Source: an uncultured Clostridium sp. (GTDB lineage: Bacteria; Bacillota; Clostridia; TANB77; CAG-508). From it: 64,000 bases of DNA. Positions within the stretch are counted from its first letter, which is position 1. Each line of letters starts with the position of its first letter. The DNA lies in contig USGK01000001.1 in NCBI GenBank assembly GCA_900554175.1, positions 47,309-111,308 on the forward strand. The letters are read 5' to 3'. A program made the translations under genes and the position numbers. A model generated the notes under the pieces. It was not told where the DNA came from. It saw only the letters and a list, made by a program, of their open reading frames with translations, and did not search any database. Of the stretch, positions 1 through 9,763 are shown one piece after another.

Positions 1-2
1 CT

Positions 3-2276
3 GCAGTCGTTATATGGCAAGTAACAACAAAAAATGTAAAACAAGAAATTTCTTACGAAGACAAAGTAAATTGTAATAATTATTTTGAAAATATAGCAAT
101 AAATTTAGATTTGAAAAGAGTTAAAAGAGATGGACAAGATACTACCTTGAAAGAGGAATTCGGTATTTCAGAAAGTGAAGAAAACAATATTCTTTCGTCA
201 GAAGTAAATATAAGAGAATTTTTTCAAAATTCATCATTTGAAGTAAGCAAAAAAGAAAATATTATGTATATAAAAAATGACTTCCAAACAAAGAAAATTA
301 TAGTTATTGCAGATAATATAGATGAAAATAAATCTTTTGACGCTGTTTCTTCAAAAAAGATGCCAAGTGGGATGTATATATTAGAATATGATACAAAAAG
401 AAAAACAAAAGCAGCATATGAGTATTTTTCATCTCAGGGTGGAGTTAAAGTTTTAAAAGATGAAATATCTTATGTTAGTCAAATCTCAGATGAATCTCAA
501 ACAATGTATGGAGGGGAACAAGAGGACTTACCAAATTCTTCCATTTCAAGAGGAATAACCATGATGGGATTGGATAATTTTAAAAATATAATAAACGAAA
601 ATGGAAATCCAAGTGATGTAATTGTTTCTACAATAGGATATGGTGTTTGTATAGAAAACGAGTTCTTTAAAGACAGAATTTCAGATAGATATTATAATTT
701 TATAGACAACAAAAAAGAAGTTCAAGAGACAATTTCTCAAGGTAGTAGAATAGCAGAGGTTATAACTGATTCTACAACAAATAATGTAAAACTATTACCA
801 ATAAAAGTTGTAAATGATCAAGGATATACATCAACATCAGCATTAGTAATGGGAATAGAATATGCTTCTAAATTATCAGATATAATTTGTTACGAGCTTG
901 TTAATAAAGAAAATGAAGCGATAGATAAAGCTCTTAAAAATGCATATAAAGAAAATAAAATTGTATGTGCAGTAACTACAAAAGGTGAAAATAGTTACCC
1001 TGCTAGTTATTCTACAACAATTGCTACAGCATCCTTAAATAAAAATTTGGAAATTGCTACATATTCAGGAAGTGGAGATTATATAGATTTTTCTGCGTCA
1101 AGTACTGATATAAAAGAAATTTTCAATAATTCATCTTCAGTATCAAGATGGTCTGGAGCACAATATTCTAATGCTTTTATTGCTTCAGAAATTGCATTAA
1201 TAAAAACTTATAATAAAGATTTCAGTATAAAAGAAATCTACAATGAACTTATAAAATATTCAAAAGATTTAGGAGATTCAGGCAAAGATAAATCTTTTGG
1301 TAATGGAATACCAATTTTTTCTACCATAAAAATATCAGATATAGATAAAAAAGCTCCTGAGATGCAGGATATACAAGTTAATAATGAAATATGGGAACAA
1401 CTTAAAAAAATAAATGTTGTTGCAAAAGATAATATTAGGCTTACAGGATGGCAAGTATCTACATCAGAAGAAGAACCTAAGGAGTGGAATGAAATATCAG
1501 ATGTTACACCTAATTTAGAAACTCAAACTGAAATAAAAGATAATGGAAAGTTTTTTATTTGGGTAAAGGATAGTGCAGGAAATACTACAAATAAACAAAT
1601 AGAAGTAAGCAAAATAGACAATAAAGGACCAAATATTACTTATACAATTAATAGAGATACTTTAAATACAGATAAATATATAAGTATAAACGCAGAAGCA
1701 ACTGATGAGGAATCAGGTTTGGCAGAATCAGCATATAGTTGGGATAATGTATCATGGGGAACTGATAATAAAACTTTGAAAGTTACACAAAATGGAAGAT
1801 ATACTATATATTGTAAAGATAATGTAGGAAATATATCTTCAAAAGAAATTATTATTAATGATTTTGAAGTAAAAGCACAAGCAATAATAAATGAAGGCGT
1901 TGTATTAAAAAGTGTAACTCCATCAACATCATGGGTAGATAATATAAATCAAGATGTTCAAATAATATTTAGAAATAATATAGACATTGTTGCATGGCAA
2001 ATAACAACAGAGAATGTTGAACCATCAAATTATGTTCAAGTAAAAAGTCCAGGGACAACAGAAAATAGCAATAGGAATAATTCAGAGATACCACAAAATA
2101 CTTTAGAATTAAATACAAATACATCAGTAATAAATAATTCTAATTATTCATTAAGTAATACATATATTGCTGTAACAGCATCATTTGAAGTTGAAAAGAC
2201 ATATTATGTATGGGTTAAAGATTCAGCTGGAAAAGTTTATGGACAAAGTTTCAGGATAGAAAAAGTACAGTATTAA
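3..2276 (+). CDS. 5'-partial secreted/surface protein: I9-propeptide-like segment, subtilase (S8)-like domain with degenerate catalytic motifs, C-terminal repeated Ig-like modules
   Basis: Frame 3 is open from base 3, with no stop before the TTG at 111 that starts the ORF-track entry. Bases 3-40 encode AVVIWQVTTKNV, the same module motif seen later (LTGWQVSTSEE, IVAWQITTENV), so the CDS probably starts upstream of the window. S8-like blocks: DVIVSTIGYGV, QGSRIAEVI, KLLPIKVVNDQGYTSTSALVMGIEYA, WSGAQYSNAFIASEIALI, FGNGIPIF. Repeat cores: WVKDSAGNTT, YCKDNVGNIS, WVKDSAGKVY. Confidence 0.6.
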   Translation, partial: AVVIWQVTTKNVKQEISYEDKVNCNNYFENIAINLDLKRVKRDGQDTTLKEEFGISESEENNILSSEVNIREFFQNSSFEVSKKENIMYIKNDFQTKKIIVIADNIDENKSFDAVSSKKMPSGMYILEYDTKRKTKAAYEYFSSQGGVKVLKDEISYVSQISDESQTMYGGEQEDLPNSSISRGITMMGLDNFKNIINENGNPSDVIVSTIGYGVCIENEFFKDRISDRYYNFIDNKKEVQETISQGSRIAEVITDSTTNNVKLLPIKVVNDQGYTSTSALVMGIEYASKLSDIICYELVNKENEAIDKALKNAYKENKIVCAVTTKGENSYPASYSTTIATASLNKNLEIATYSGSGDYIDFSASSTDIKEIFNNSSSVSRWSGAQYSNAFIASEIALIKTYNKDFSIKEIYNELIKYSKDLGDSGKDKSFGNGIPIFSTIKISDIDKKAPEMQDIQVNNEIWEQLKKINVVAKDNIRLTGWQVSTSEEEPKEWNEISDVTPNLETQTEIKDNGKFFIWVKDSAGNTTNKQIEVSKIDNKGPNITYTINRDTLNTDKYISINAEATDEESGLAESAYSWDNVSWGTDNKTLKVTQNGRYTIYCKDNVGNISSKEIIINDFEVKAQAIINEGVVLKSVTPSTSWVDNINQDVQIIFRNNIDIVAWQITTENVEPSNYVQVKSPGTTENSNRNNSEIPQNTLELNTNTSVINNSNYSLSNTYIAVTASFEVEKTYYVWVKDSAGKVYGQSFRIEKVQY

Positions 2277-2288
2277 AAATATTAATAT

Positions 2289-2344
2289 AAGGTTACAATT
2301 CAAAAAGTAAATTACATGTTTAGAAGTAATCGAATTGTAACCTT
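2289..2344 (+). terminator. Long hairpin downstream of the surface-protein gene (13-bp perfect arms, about 30-nt loop)
   Basis: AAGGTTACAATTC (2289-2301) pairs with GAATTGTAACCTT (2332-2344). There is no clean T-tract after it, so its terminator function is uncertain. Confidence 0.4.
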
Positions 2345-2445
2345 ACAATATAAAAAATAAAACTAATTAAAAAATACTTGTAAAATTTGTAAAAAAGTAT
2401 ATAATATGATAAAATTTAAGTACTAAGAAAGGGATGAAATAAAAA

Positions 2446-3447
2446 ATGACATTTATAGAAAGTGTAAAGCAAAGAGCAAAAAAAGAACTAAAAACAATAA
2501 TACTTCCAGAATCAGAAGATAAAAGAGTTTTACAAGCAGCTGAAAAAGTAACTAAAGAAGGTTTTGCAAAAGTTATTCTTTTAGGTAATAAAGAAAAAAT
2601 TTTGGAAGACTCTAAAAATTATGATATTGATTTATCGAATATAGAAATAATTGAACCAGAGAAATCAGAAAAAAAAGCAGAATATTCAGAAAAACTTTAT
2701 GAATTAAGAAAAGCAAAAGGAATGACAATAGAAGAAGCTGAGAAGTTAATTTTAAATCCAGTTTATTTTGGAATGATGATGTTAAAAGACGAAAATTCTA
2801 AAGCAGATGGATTGGTTTCAGGAGCTTGTCATTCGACAGCTGATACACTAAGACCTGCACTTCAAATCTTAAAAACGGCACCAAATACAAAACTTGTTTC
2901 TGCTTTTTTTGTTATGTGTGTGTCAAATTGTGAACATGGGGAAAATGGAACATTTATCTTTGGAGATTGTGGACTAAATCCAAATCCAAATGCAGATGAA
3001 CTTTCAGAAATTGCTATATCATCAGCAGAGAGTTTTAAACATTTGGTGCAAAAAGATCCAAAAGTAGCTATGCTTTCATATTCAACATATGGAAGTGCAA
3101 AATCAGATTTAACACAAAAAGTAATTGATGCGACAAATTTTGCAAAAGAAAAAAGAAAAGATCTAATAATAGACGGAGAATTACAATTAGATAGTGCAAT
3201 AATTCCTGAAATAGCTGCATCAAAGGCCCCAAAAAGCCCAATTAAAGGAAAAGCAAATGTACTTATATTTCCAAATTTAGATGCCGGAAATATAGGATAT
3301 AAATTGGTTCAAAGGTTAGCAAAAGCAGAGGCCTATGGTCCACTTTGCCAAGGTATTGCAAAACCAGTAAATGATTTGTCTCGTGGATGTTCAGCAGAAG
3401 ATATAGTAGGAGTTGTTGCAATAACAGCGATACAAGCTCAAAAATAA
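2446..3447 (+). CDS. pta: Phosphate acetyltransferase
   Basis: 333 aa. Typical Pta blocks: IILPESEDKRVLQAA, ADGLVSGACHSTADTLRPALQI, ANVLIFPNLDAGNIGYKLVQR, PVNDLSRGCS. A GGGA-type SD precedes the ATG. Immediately followed by ackA. Confidence 0.95.
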   Translation: MTFIESVKQRAKKELKTIILPESEDKRVLQAAEKVTKEGFAKVILLGNKEKILEDSKNYDIDLSNIEIIEPEKSEKKAEYSEKLYELRKAKGMTIEEAEKLILNPVYFGMMMLKDENSKADGLVSGACHSTADTLRPALQILKTAPNTKLVSAFFVMCVSNCEHGENGTFIFGDCGLNPNPNADELSEIAISSAESFKHLVQKDPKVAMLSYSTYGSAKSDLTQKVIDATNFAKEKRKDLIIDGELQLDSAIIPEIAASKAPKSPIKGKANVLIFPNLDAGNIGYKLVQRLAKAEAYGPLCQGIAKPVNDLSRGCSAEDIVGVVAITAIQAQK

Positions 3448-3499
3448 AGTTAATTACTAGATAGGTTAGTAAAAAAGCAAAAAGAAAGGATTTGAAAAA

Positions 3500-4690
3500 A
3501 TGAAAATATTAGTATTAAACTGTGGTAGTTCATCACTTAAATATCAATTAATAAATATGGAGACAGAGGAGGTAATTGCTTCTGGAAAATTTGAAAGAAT
3601 AGGAGAAAAAGAAAGTTTTATAACACATAAAGCTTGTGGAAAAAAAGTTACAATTAATCATGTTGCAATGAATCATACAGAAGCAATTGATTTTACTTTA
3701 AAACAATTAACAAATCCAGAGTACAAAGTAATAGATGACTTAAATGAAATAAATGCGATTGGACATAGGATAGTTCATGGTGGTGAAAAAATATCAAAAC
3801 CTGTACTAGTTGATGATAAAACAGTTCAAGATATAAAAGATTGTATAGATTTAGCACCACTTCATAACCCAGCAGCAATAATGGGAATAGAAGCATGCAA
3901 AAAAGTAATGCCAGGTAAACCAATGGCAGTTGTTTGTGATACAGCTTTCCATCAAACAATGCCTATAGAGAATTACATATATCCAGTTCCATATGAATTT
4001 TATGAAAAATATGGAGTAAGAAAATATGGAGCTCATGGAACTTCACATATGTATGTTGCTAATAGGTTAGCAGAAATTTTAGGAAAAGATATAAAAAATC
4101 TTAAAATTGTAACATGTCATTTAGGGCAAGGTTCAAGTATTTGTGCTGTTGATGGAGGTAAATCAATTGATACATCAATGGGGCTTACACCTCTTGGAGG
4201 AATTCCAATGGTAACAAGGTCAGGAGATTTAGATCCATCTGTTGTAACATACATAATGAAAAAAGAAAATCTATCATCAGATGAAGTCGAGAGTTTATTA
4301 AACAAGAAATCAGGGTTACAAGGAATTTCAGGTATGGCTCCTGATTTTAGAGAAATTGAACTTGCATCTTATGGGGAGAATAAAAGAGCAGAAATTGCTA
4401 TAAAGGTGTTTAATTATTCTATTGCTGGATATGTGGCAAAATACGCTGTTGCAATGGGAGGTTTGGATGCTGTTGTAATTACAGGTGGAATTGGAGAAAA
4501 TCAAATTAACATACGTAAAGGAATCTGTGAAAAATTAAAAGTTTTAGGCGTGGAGTTAGATGAAGAAGCAAATGATATGCGTGGAGAAGAGAAAATGATA
4601 ACAACTAAAGAGTCTAAAGTTAAAGTATACGTTATACCAACAAATGAAGAATTAATGATTGCAAAAGCAACAGAGGATTTGGTTAAATAA
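3500..4690 (+). CDS. ackA: Acetate kinase
   Basis: 396 aa. MKILVLNCGSSSLKYQL N-terminus, IGHRIVHGG, DTAFHQTMP, RKYGAHGTSH, VTCHLGQGSSICA, ITGGIGEN, IPTNEELMIA. Confidence 0.97.
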   Translation: MKILVLNCGSSSLKYQLINMETEEVIASGKFERIGEKESFITHKACGKKVTINHVAMNHTEAIDFTLKQLTNPEYKVIDDLNEINAIGHRIVHGGEKISKPVLVDDKTVQDIKDCIDLAPLHNPAAIMGIEACKKVMPGKPMAVVCDTAFHQTMPIENYIYPVPYEFYEKYGVRKYGAHGTSHMYVANRLAEILGKDIKNLKIVTCHLGQGSSICAVDGGKSIDTSMGLTPLGGIPMVTRSGDLDPSVVTYIMKKENLSSDEVESLLNKKSGLQGISGMAPDFREIELASYGENKRAEIAIKVFNYSIAGYVAKYAVAMGGLDAVVITGGIGENQINIRKGICEKLKVLGVELDEEANDMRGEEKMITTKESKVKVYVIPTNEELMIAKATEDLVK

Positions 4691-4717
4691 TTAGATAATA
4701 AAAAAAGTTTACGTATG

Positions 4718-4753
4718 AAAAAATACCACACTTCAAAAAGTGTGGTATTTTTT
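4718..4753. terminator. Bidirectional intrinsic terminator between convergent ackA and the 4763..5167 gene
   Basis: AAATACCACAC (4721-4731) / GTGTGGTATTT (4740-4750), 8-nt loop, with an A-run on one side and a T-run on the other. Confidence 0.85.
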
Positions 4754-4762
4754 CATACTTGC

Positions 4763-5167
4763 TTAATCGACAACGTTTTTAAACGTGACCAAATATTCTC
4801 CAAATTTTCCAGTTTTGACGCTTTCAACAAATGGATGATCAAAGAGATCATTAACAAAAGATTCTCCAGATTTTATTAATGTGTAGCAGGTATCACCTCG
4901 ATCACAAATTCCATATTTCAATCCTGAAATAAACGATAGGTTAATTGGTGATGTTTGTTTTCCAATAAGATCTGGAATTAAATTCTCGAGTTCTCTTTCA
5001 CCAAAAGTTGATAAACAGTCTTTCATTTTTTCAATGAACTTTGGCGTAACAACTTTTGAATTTACAACCAAAATTTTTTGAGTTGGGGCTTCCTGCATTA
5101 AAACAAATCCTCGTCCCTCCAAAAGTACTTTTGAAGATTCTGTTACTGTAAACGTTGACATTGACAT
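4763..5167 (-). CDS. Hypothetical protein (134 aa)
   Basis: ORF-track 4763..5209. I moved the start to the ATG at 5167, which has a strong SD (AAGGAGG, 8 nt upstream). No family recognised. Confidence 0.6.
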   Translation of the reverse strand: MSMSTFTVTESSKVLLEGRGFVLMQEAPTQKILVVNSKVVTPKFIEKMKDCLSTFGERELENLIPDLIGKQTSPINLSFISGLKYGICDRGDTCYTLIKSGESFVNDLFDHPFVESVKTGKFGEYLVTFKNVVD

Positions 5168-5365
5168 AAAAATGACCTCCTTAGATGTCTTGTTTGAACA
5201 AACAAACAATTTAATATATAATAAGCTAGTAATTATATTATAACAAATTTTAATAAAAAAGTCAAGAATTTACATAAAAATATTTGACATAAAGTAAAAG
5301 TTATGGTAAAATACTTAATGACTGGGTTGATGAGAGTAATAAATTACGAGAAATTGGAGGAGAAA

Positions 5366-6199
5366 ATGAATAATAACTACAAGAATAGAATAATAACTAT
5401 ATCAGGTGAACCAGTAAGTGGAAAAAGCACAACATTAAAGAAGATGATAGAGAAATTAAAACAAAAAGGAATAAAAGAAGAAAATATACATTATGTTCAA
5501 ACTGGAGAGATATTTAGAAAGTATATGAATAGAATAGTGGAACTTATTGTGAATTTTGATAGCCGTGAAAAGGCTATGGAGATAGCTAGAACTCCTGAAA
5601 TACAGGATTTGATAAAAGACCAAAAATCTTTAAGCGACTTAATGCAGACCATAGCTAAAGTTAGAAATAACAGAGAATTAGTGGAAAATTTTACTGTAGA
5701 TGAAGCAAATAAAAATAAAGATTTTTCAGAAATAAGAGAAAAGGTTGATCATATAATTGATACTAGTATGGAAAAATTGGGAAAGAAAATTAATAGTGAA
5801 AAACATCCAAATGAAATATGGCTTATTGATTCAAGGCTTGCGTTTTCGAATATTCCAGATTCTTTTTCAATAAGATTAACTACAAATCCTGAAGTCGCTG
5901 GTAAAAGATTGTTCCAGGATAAAAATAGGGGAAAAGAGGATAATTGTTATAGAAATGAAGAAGAAGCCAAGATTGCAAGAGAAAGTAGGCGTAAAGGTGA
6001 GCAAAAAAGATATATAAAAAGATATGGCATAGACTTAGAAGATGAAAATAATTATAATTTGGTAATCGATACTTCATATGTAGATATTGATAAAATTGCA
6101 GATACTATTTTAGAGTGTGAAAGTAAATATCAAAAAGGTATACAATTTGAAAAGAATATATTCCATACAGATAATAAAAAAGATGATGAAACAAGGTAG
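5366..6199 (+). CDS. P-loop NTP-binding protein, cytidylate-kinase-like family
   Basis: Start moved to the ATG at 5366, preceded by GGAGGAG. Walker A ITISGEPVSGKSTT. IWLIDSRLAF and RLTTNPEVAGKR resemble the (d)CMP-kinase-like fold. Long K/E-rich insertions. Confidence 0.6.
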   Translation: MNNNYKNRIITISGEPVSGKSTTLKKMIEKLKQKGIKEENIHYVQTGEIFRKYMNRIVELIVNFDSREKAMEIARTPEIQDLIKDQKSLSDLMQTIAKVRNNRELVENFTVDEANKNKDFSEIREKVDHIIDTSMEKLGKKINSEKHPNEIWLIDSRLAFSNIPDSFSIRLTTNPEVAGKRLFQDKNRGKEDNCYRNEEEAKIARESRRKGEQKRYIKRYGIDLEDENNYNLVIDTSYVDIDKIADTILECESKYQKGIQFEKNIFHTDNKKDDETR

Positions 6200-6223
6200 A
6201 GCAATATTTAATATAAAATTTAA

Positions 6224-6263
6224 AAGTAACAGTTATATATTGAAAAATATATAACTGTTACTT
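6224..6263. terminator. Bidirectional terminator hairpin (17-bp arms)
   Basis: AAGTAACAGTTATATAT / ATATATAACTGTTACTT, lying between convergent genes. Confidence 0.8.
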
Positions 6264-6268
6264 TATTC

Positions 6269-6463
6269 TTATCCACGTCCATTACGTGTAACTTTGAAAT
6301 ATCTTTCGAAATGTCCTGTATTAGCATTAAATTTAATAGAATCATCACCTTTTAAAGGTTCGATTGTCCATGCTTTCCGTCCTATACGAGGATGTTCAGG
6401 ATATTTGTAAAGATCACTTTCTGGTACAACTTTAGATGGATTCAATAAAAAAACCCCTTTCAT
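6269..6463 (-). CDS. Small hypothetical protein (64 aa), coding status uncertain
   Basis: Open frame with a plausible globular sequence, but no SD in front of the ATG. Arg codons are atypical for this window (CGT x3, CGG x1; AGA dominates elsewhere). Confidence 0.35.
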   Translation of the reverse strand: MKGVFLLNPSKVVPESDLYKYPEHPRIGRKAWTIEPLKGDDSIKFNANTGHFERYFKVTRNGRG

Positions 6464-6551
6464 ATGAATTATAATAATTCAATTATATTCATCAAACAGG
6501 AAAATATGCTCAAAATTAAGTGAAAAAATGAAAATATTTTTCTAAAACCAA

Positions 6552-6580
6552 TTGACAGTAAAATCAAATTAGTATAATAT
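6552..6580 (+). promoter_or_regulatory. Sigma-A-type promoter for disA
   Basis: TTGACA (6552-6557), then TATAAT (6573-6578, 15-nt spacer) or TAATAT (6575-6580, 17-nt spacer). Confidence 0.5.
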
Positions 6581-6615
6581 AGTAACGTACCAAATAAAGG
6601 AAGGAGCATAAAAAG

Positions 6616-7692
6616 GTGAGACAAAAAAAGAATGACAAAGTATCAGAAATACTAAGAAAAATAGCTCCAGGAACAACAATAAGAGAAGGACTAGATAATA
6701 TCCTAAAAGCAAGGACCGGTGGCTTAATATTATTTACAGATAATGAAGAAGTACTAAAAAATTTAGTTGACGGAGGTTTTTTTATAAATGAAGAATATTC
6801 GTCATCGAAATTATATGAACTTGCTAAAATGGATGGAGCAATAGTATTAAGTGCAGACATGAAAAAAATATTATATGCAAATGCTCAACTTATTCCATCA
6901 AGAGATATTGTAACAATAGAAACAGGAACAAGACATAGAACAGCAGAAAGAACAGCTAAACAAACAGGGGAACTTGTAATAAGTATATCTCAAAGAAGAA
7001 ATATAATAACAATATTTAAAGAAAATGAGAGATATATTTTAGAAGATACAGAAGTAGTATTAAATAAAGCAAATCAAGCAATAAAAACACTTGAAAAATA
7101 TAAAAAAGTCTTTGATAGCAAACTTAATATTTTAAATGAATATGAATTTAACGACATAGTAACTTTAGATAATGTAATTGGTGTAGTGCAAAGAGCAGAA
7201 ATGGTAATGCAAATTGTAATGGAAATTCAAAAGCAAGTTGCTGAGTTAGGAGTAGATGGAAGATTAGTAAGTATGCAATTAGAACAATTAATAGGTGGAA
7301 TAGAAAAAGAAGAGTTATTAATTGTTAAGGATTATTCATTAAAATCAAAACAAACAGCGGAAGAAATTATAGAAGAATTATCAAACATGGAATATGAAGA
7401 ATTAATAAAGGAAATAAATATAGCAAAAATTCTTGGATACGAGATTTTTGAAAATTATGAAGAAGTGAATGTCTATCCAAAAGGATATAGAATTTTAAAT
7501 AAAATACCAAGAATGCCATCAAATATTGTTGAAAATTTGATACAAGGATTTGAGTCACTTCAACATATAATAGATGCAAGTATAGAAGAATTAGATAAAG
7601 TAGATGGTATAGGTGAAGTAAGGGCAAAGAACATAAAAAGATCATTAAAGAGAATGCAAGAGCAATTTGTATTTGAAAATATTCTAACATAA
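6616..7692 (+). CDS. disA: DNA integrity scanning protein DisA (diadenylate cyclase)
   Basis: 358 aa, GTG start after GGAAGGAG. ILRKIAPGTTIREGLDNILKARTGGLI, DGAIVL, GTRHRTAER (DAC domain), C-terminal HhH (VDGIGEVRAKNI). Confidence 0.93.
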   Translation: MRQKKNDKVSEILRKIAPGTTIREGLDNILKARTGGLILFTDNEEVLKNLVDGGFFINEEYSSSKLYELAKMDGAIVLSADMKKILYANAQLIPSRDIVTIETGTRHRTAERTAKQTGELVISISQRRNIITIFKENERYILEDTEVVLNKANQAIKTLEKYKKVFDSKLNILNEYEFNDIVTLDNVIGVVQRAEMVMQIVMEIQKQVAELGVDGRLVSMQLEQLIGGIEKEELLIVKDYSLKSKQTAEEIIEELSNMEYEELIKEINIAKILGYEIFENYEEVNVYPKGYRILNKIPRMPSNIVENLIQGFESLQHIIDASIEELDKVDGIGEVRAKNIKRSLKRMQEQFVFENILT

Positions 7693-7764
7693 AATATTTA
7701 ATTTAAAATTAAATAGAATTTTTGGGGCAAACAATATAACAAAAGTAAAGAAAGGAAGAAAAAA

Positions 7765-8583
7765 ATGAAAAATAAATTAAGTTTAATTGTAAAAATTATA
7801 GTATTAATACTAATTTTAGTGATTTTAGGAGGAATTAGTTTTGGATACTATAAAAAATCAAAACAAGAAGTTAAAAATCCAATAGTAACAATGGAAGTGG
7901 AAAATTTCGGAACAGTTAAATTAGAACTTTATCCAGATTTAGCACCTGAAACAGTAAAGAATTTTATTAAACTAGCAAATAATGGATTTTATAATGGATT
8001 AACATTTCATAGAATTATAAAAGACTTTATGATTCAAGGAGGAGACCCAAATGGTGATGGAACAGGAATTCCAAAACTAAGTGATTTAAATAAAGATATT
8101 GAAAAAGACTCAAGCGAAGACAAAGAGTATTGTATAACTGGAGAATTTTCAGATAATGGTGACAAAAAAAATACGTTAAATCTAACAGAAGGAACTATTG
8201 TAATGGCAAGGTCTGATTATACAGCATATTCTTCTACACTTTCAAAAGAATCATATAATTCAGCAGGATCACAATTTTTTATTATGACAACTGATGATTA
8301 TACTGGATTAAGTGGAAAATACGCAGGATTTGGTAAAGTAATTGAAGGAATGGATGTAATTACAAAGATTGCAAGTGTTGAAGTTACATCAAATTCTACA
8401 AATTCATCAGAAGAAAGTACAGATTCGTCTACAGCCGAAGTTTCAAAACCAGTAAATGATGTTAAAATTTCATCAATTACAGTGGATACATTTGGAATTG
8501 ATTATGGTATGCCAAAGACATTAAGTGTATTTAACTATATGAAATGGTTGTACAGTATGTACGGATTAGAATATAATGAATAA
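7765..8583 (+). CDS. Cyclophilin-type peptidyl-prolyl cis-trans isomerase with N-terminal membrane anchor
   Basis: N-terminal TM helix (LSLIVKIIVLILILVILGGISF), then cyclophilin blocks VKNFIKLANNGFYNGLTFHRIIKDFMIQGGDP, AGSQFFI, FGKVIEGMDV. Confidence 0.9.
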   Translation: MKNKLSLIVKIIVLILILVILGGISFGYYKKSKQEVKNPIVTMEVENFGTVKLELYPDLAPETVKNFIKLANNGFYNGLTFHRIIKDFMIQGGDPNGDGTGIPKLSDLNKDIEKDSSEDKEYCITGEFSDNGDKKNTLNLTEGTIVMARSDYTAYSSTLSKESYNSAGSQFFIMTTDDYTGLSGKYAGFGKVIEGMDVITKIASVEVTSNSTNSSEESTDSSTAEVSKPVNDVKISSITVDTFGIDYGMPKTLSVFNYMKWLYSMYGLEYNE

Positions 8584-8597
8584 ATAAAAAAGGAGGA

Positions 8598-9761
8598 ATG
8601 ATGTTAGTAAATAGTCTAACATCTATGTTGAAGATTATGGAAAATAAAATAGTACCAATTACAGTTCTTACCGGTTATTTAGGAGCTGGAAAAACAACAT
8701 TATTAAATCATGTATTAAACAATCAAGAAGGATATAAAGTTGCAGTTATAGTAAATGATATAGGTGAAGTAAATATTGATGAAAAACTTATCAAAGATGG
8801 AGGATTTATCAAGGAAGAAGATAAAGGAAATGTAGTTCCACTTTCAAATGGATGTATATGTTGTACATTAAAGGCAGATTTAATGAATCAAATTGTAGAT
8901 ATTATAAAAACAAGAAAATTTGATTATATTTTAATAGAAGCAAGTGGTATTTGCGAACCAATGCCAATTGCTCAGACAATAACAGTTTTATCTGATTCCA
9001 CAGTTCAATATGGATTACCAAAAATATGTAGATTAGATAATGTAGTAACAGTGGTAGATGCATTACGTTTAGTTACAGAATTTGGATGTGGTGATGATTT
9101 GGTAGCAGATGAAATAGATGATGAAGATTTAGCTAGTCTTTTAATACAACAAATAGAATTTTGTAATGTTATAGTTTTAAATAAAGTAGATGAAGTTTCT
9201 AAAGAAGAATTAGAAAAAGTAAAAGAAATAATAAAAAAATTGCAACCTACTGCAAAGATTATTGAAACAAACTATGGCCAAGTAGAAGTAGGAGAAATAA
9301 TAGATACAAATAATTTTGATTTCGAAAAGGTTTCAACTTCAGCTGGATGGATTCAAGAACTTGAAAAAGAAGAAGAGGAGGAACCTGAAGGCGAAACAGA
9401 AGAATATGGTATATCAACATTTGTATATACATCTAGAAGACCATTAGATGAATCAAAATTTGGAGAATTTGTTGAAAACTTACCAAGAAATGTAATAAGA
9501 AGTAAAGGTATAGTTTGGTTTGAAGATGATAATGATATGTCATATATTTTTGAACAAGCAGGAAAACAAACTACTCTTTCAGAAGCAGGATATTGGTTAG
9601 CTACTGCACCAAAAAATGAATTAGATGAAATGATAAAAAATGACCCTACAATTTTAGATAACTGGGATGAAGAAGTTGGAGATAGAATGATAAAATTAGT
9701 GTTTATCGGTCAAAATATGGATAAAGAAAAAATAAAAGCAGACTTAAAAAAGTGTGAATAA
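8598..9761 (+). CDS. CobW/G3E-family GTPase (putative metallochaperone)
   Basis: P-loop GYLGAGKTTLLN, GCICCTL (CXCC) motif, LNKVD, acidic linker, C-terminal CobW_C-like RSKG..W. The start is ambiguous: the SD GGAGG sits only 1-4 nt from the ATGs at 8598/8601, and there are further ATGs at 8625/8637. Confidence 0.85.
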   Translation: MMLVNSLTSMLKIMENKIVPITVLTGYLGAGKTTLLNHVLNNQEGYKVAVIVNDIGEVNIDEKLIKDGGFIKEEDKGNVVPLSNGCICCTLKADLMNQIVDIIKTRKFDYILIEASGICEPMPIAQTITVLSDSTVQYGLPKICRLDNVVTVVDALRLVTEFGCGDDLVADEIDDEDLASLLIQQIEFCNVIVLNKVDEVSKEELEKVKEIIKKLQPTAKIIETNYGQVEVGEIIDTNNFDFEKVSTSAGWIQELEKEEEEEPEGETEEYGISTFVYTSRRPLDESKFGEFVENLPRNVIRSKGIVWFEDDNDMSYIFEQAGKQTTLSEAGYWLATAPKNELDEMIKNDPTILDNWDEEVGDRMIKLVFIGQNMDKEKIKADLKKCE

Positions 9762-9763
9762 GA

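Noticed and set aside
3693-4731. Four minus-strand ORFs (61-88 aa) antisense to ackA
   Set aside because: They lie entirely inside a confidently identified gene. Their products are low-complexity and Leu/Phe/Ile-rich, as expected from antisense reading of AT-rich coding DNA. They have no SD.
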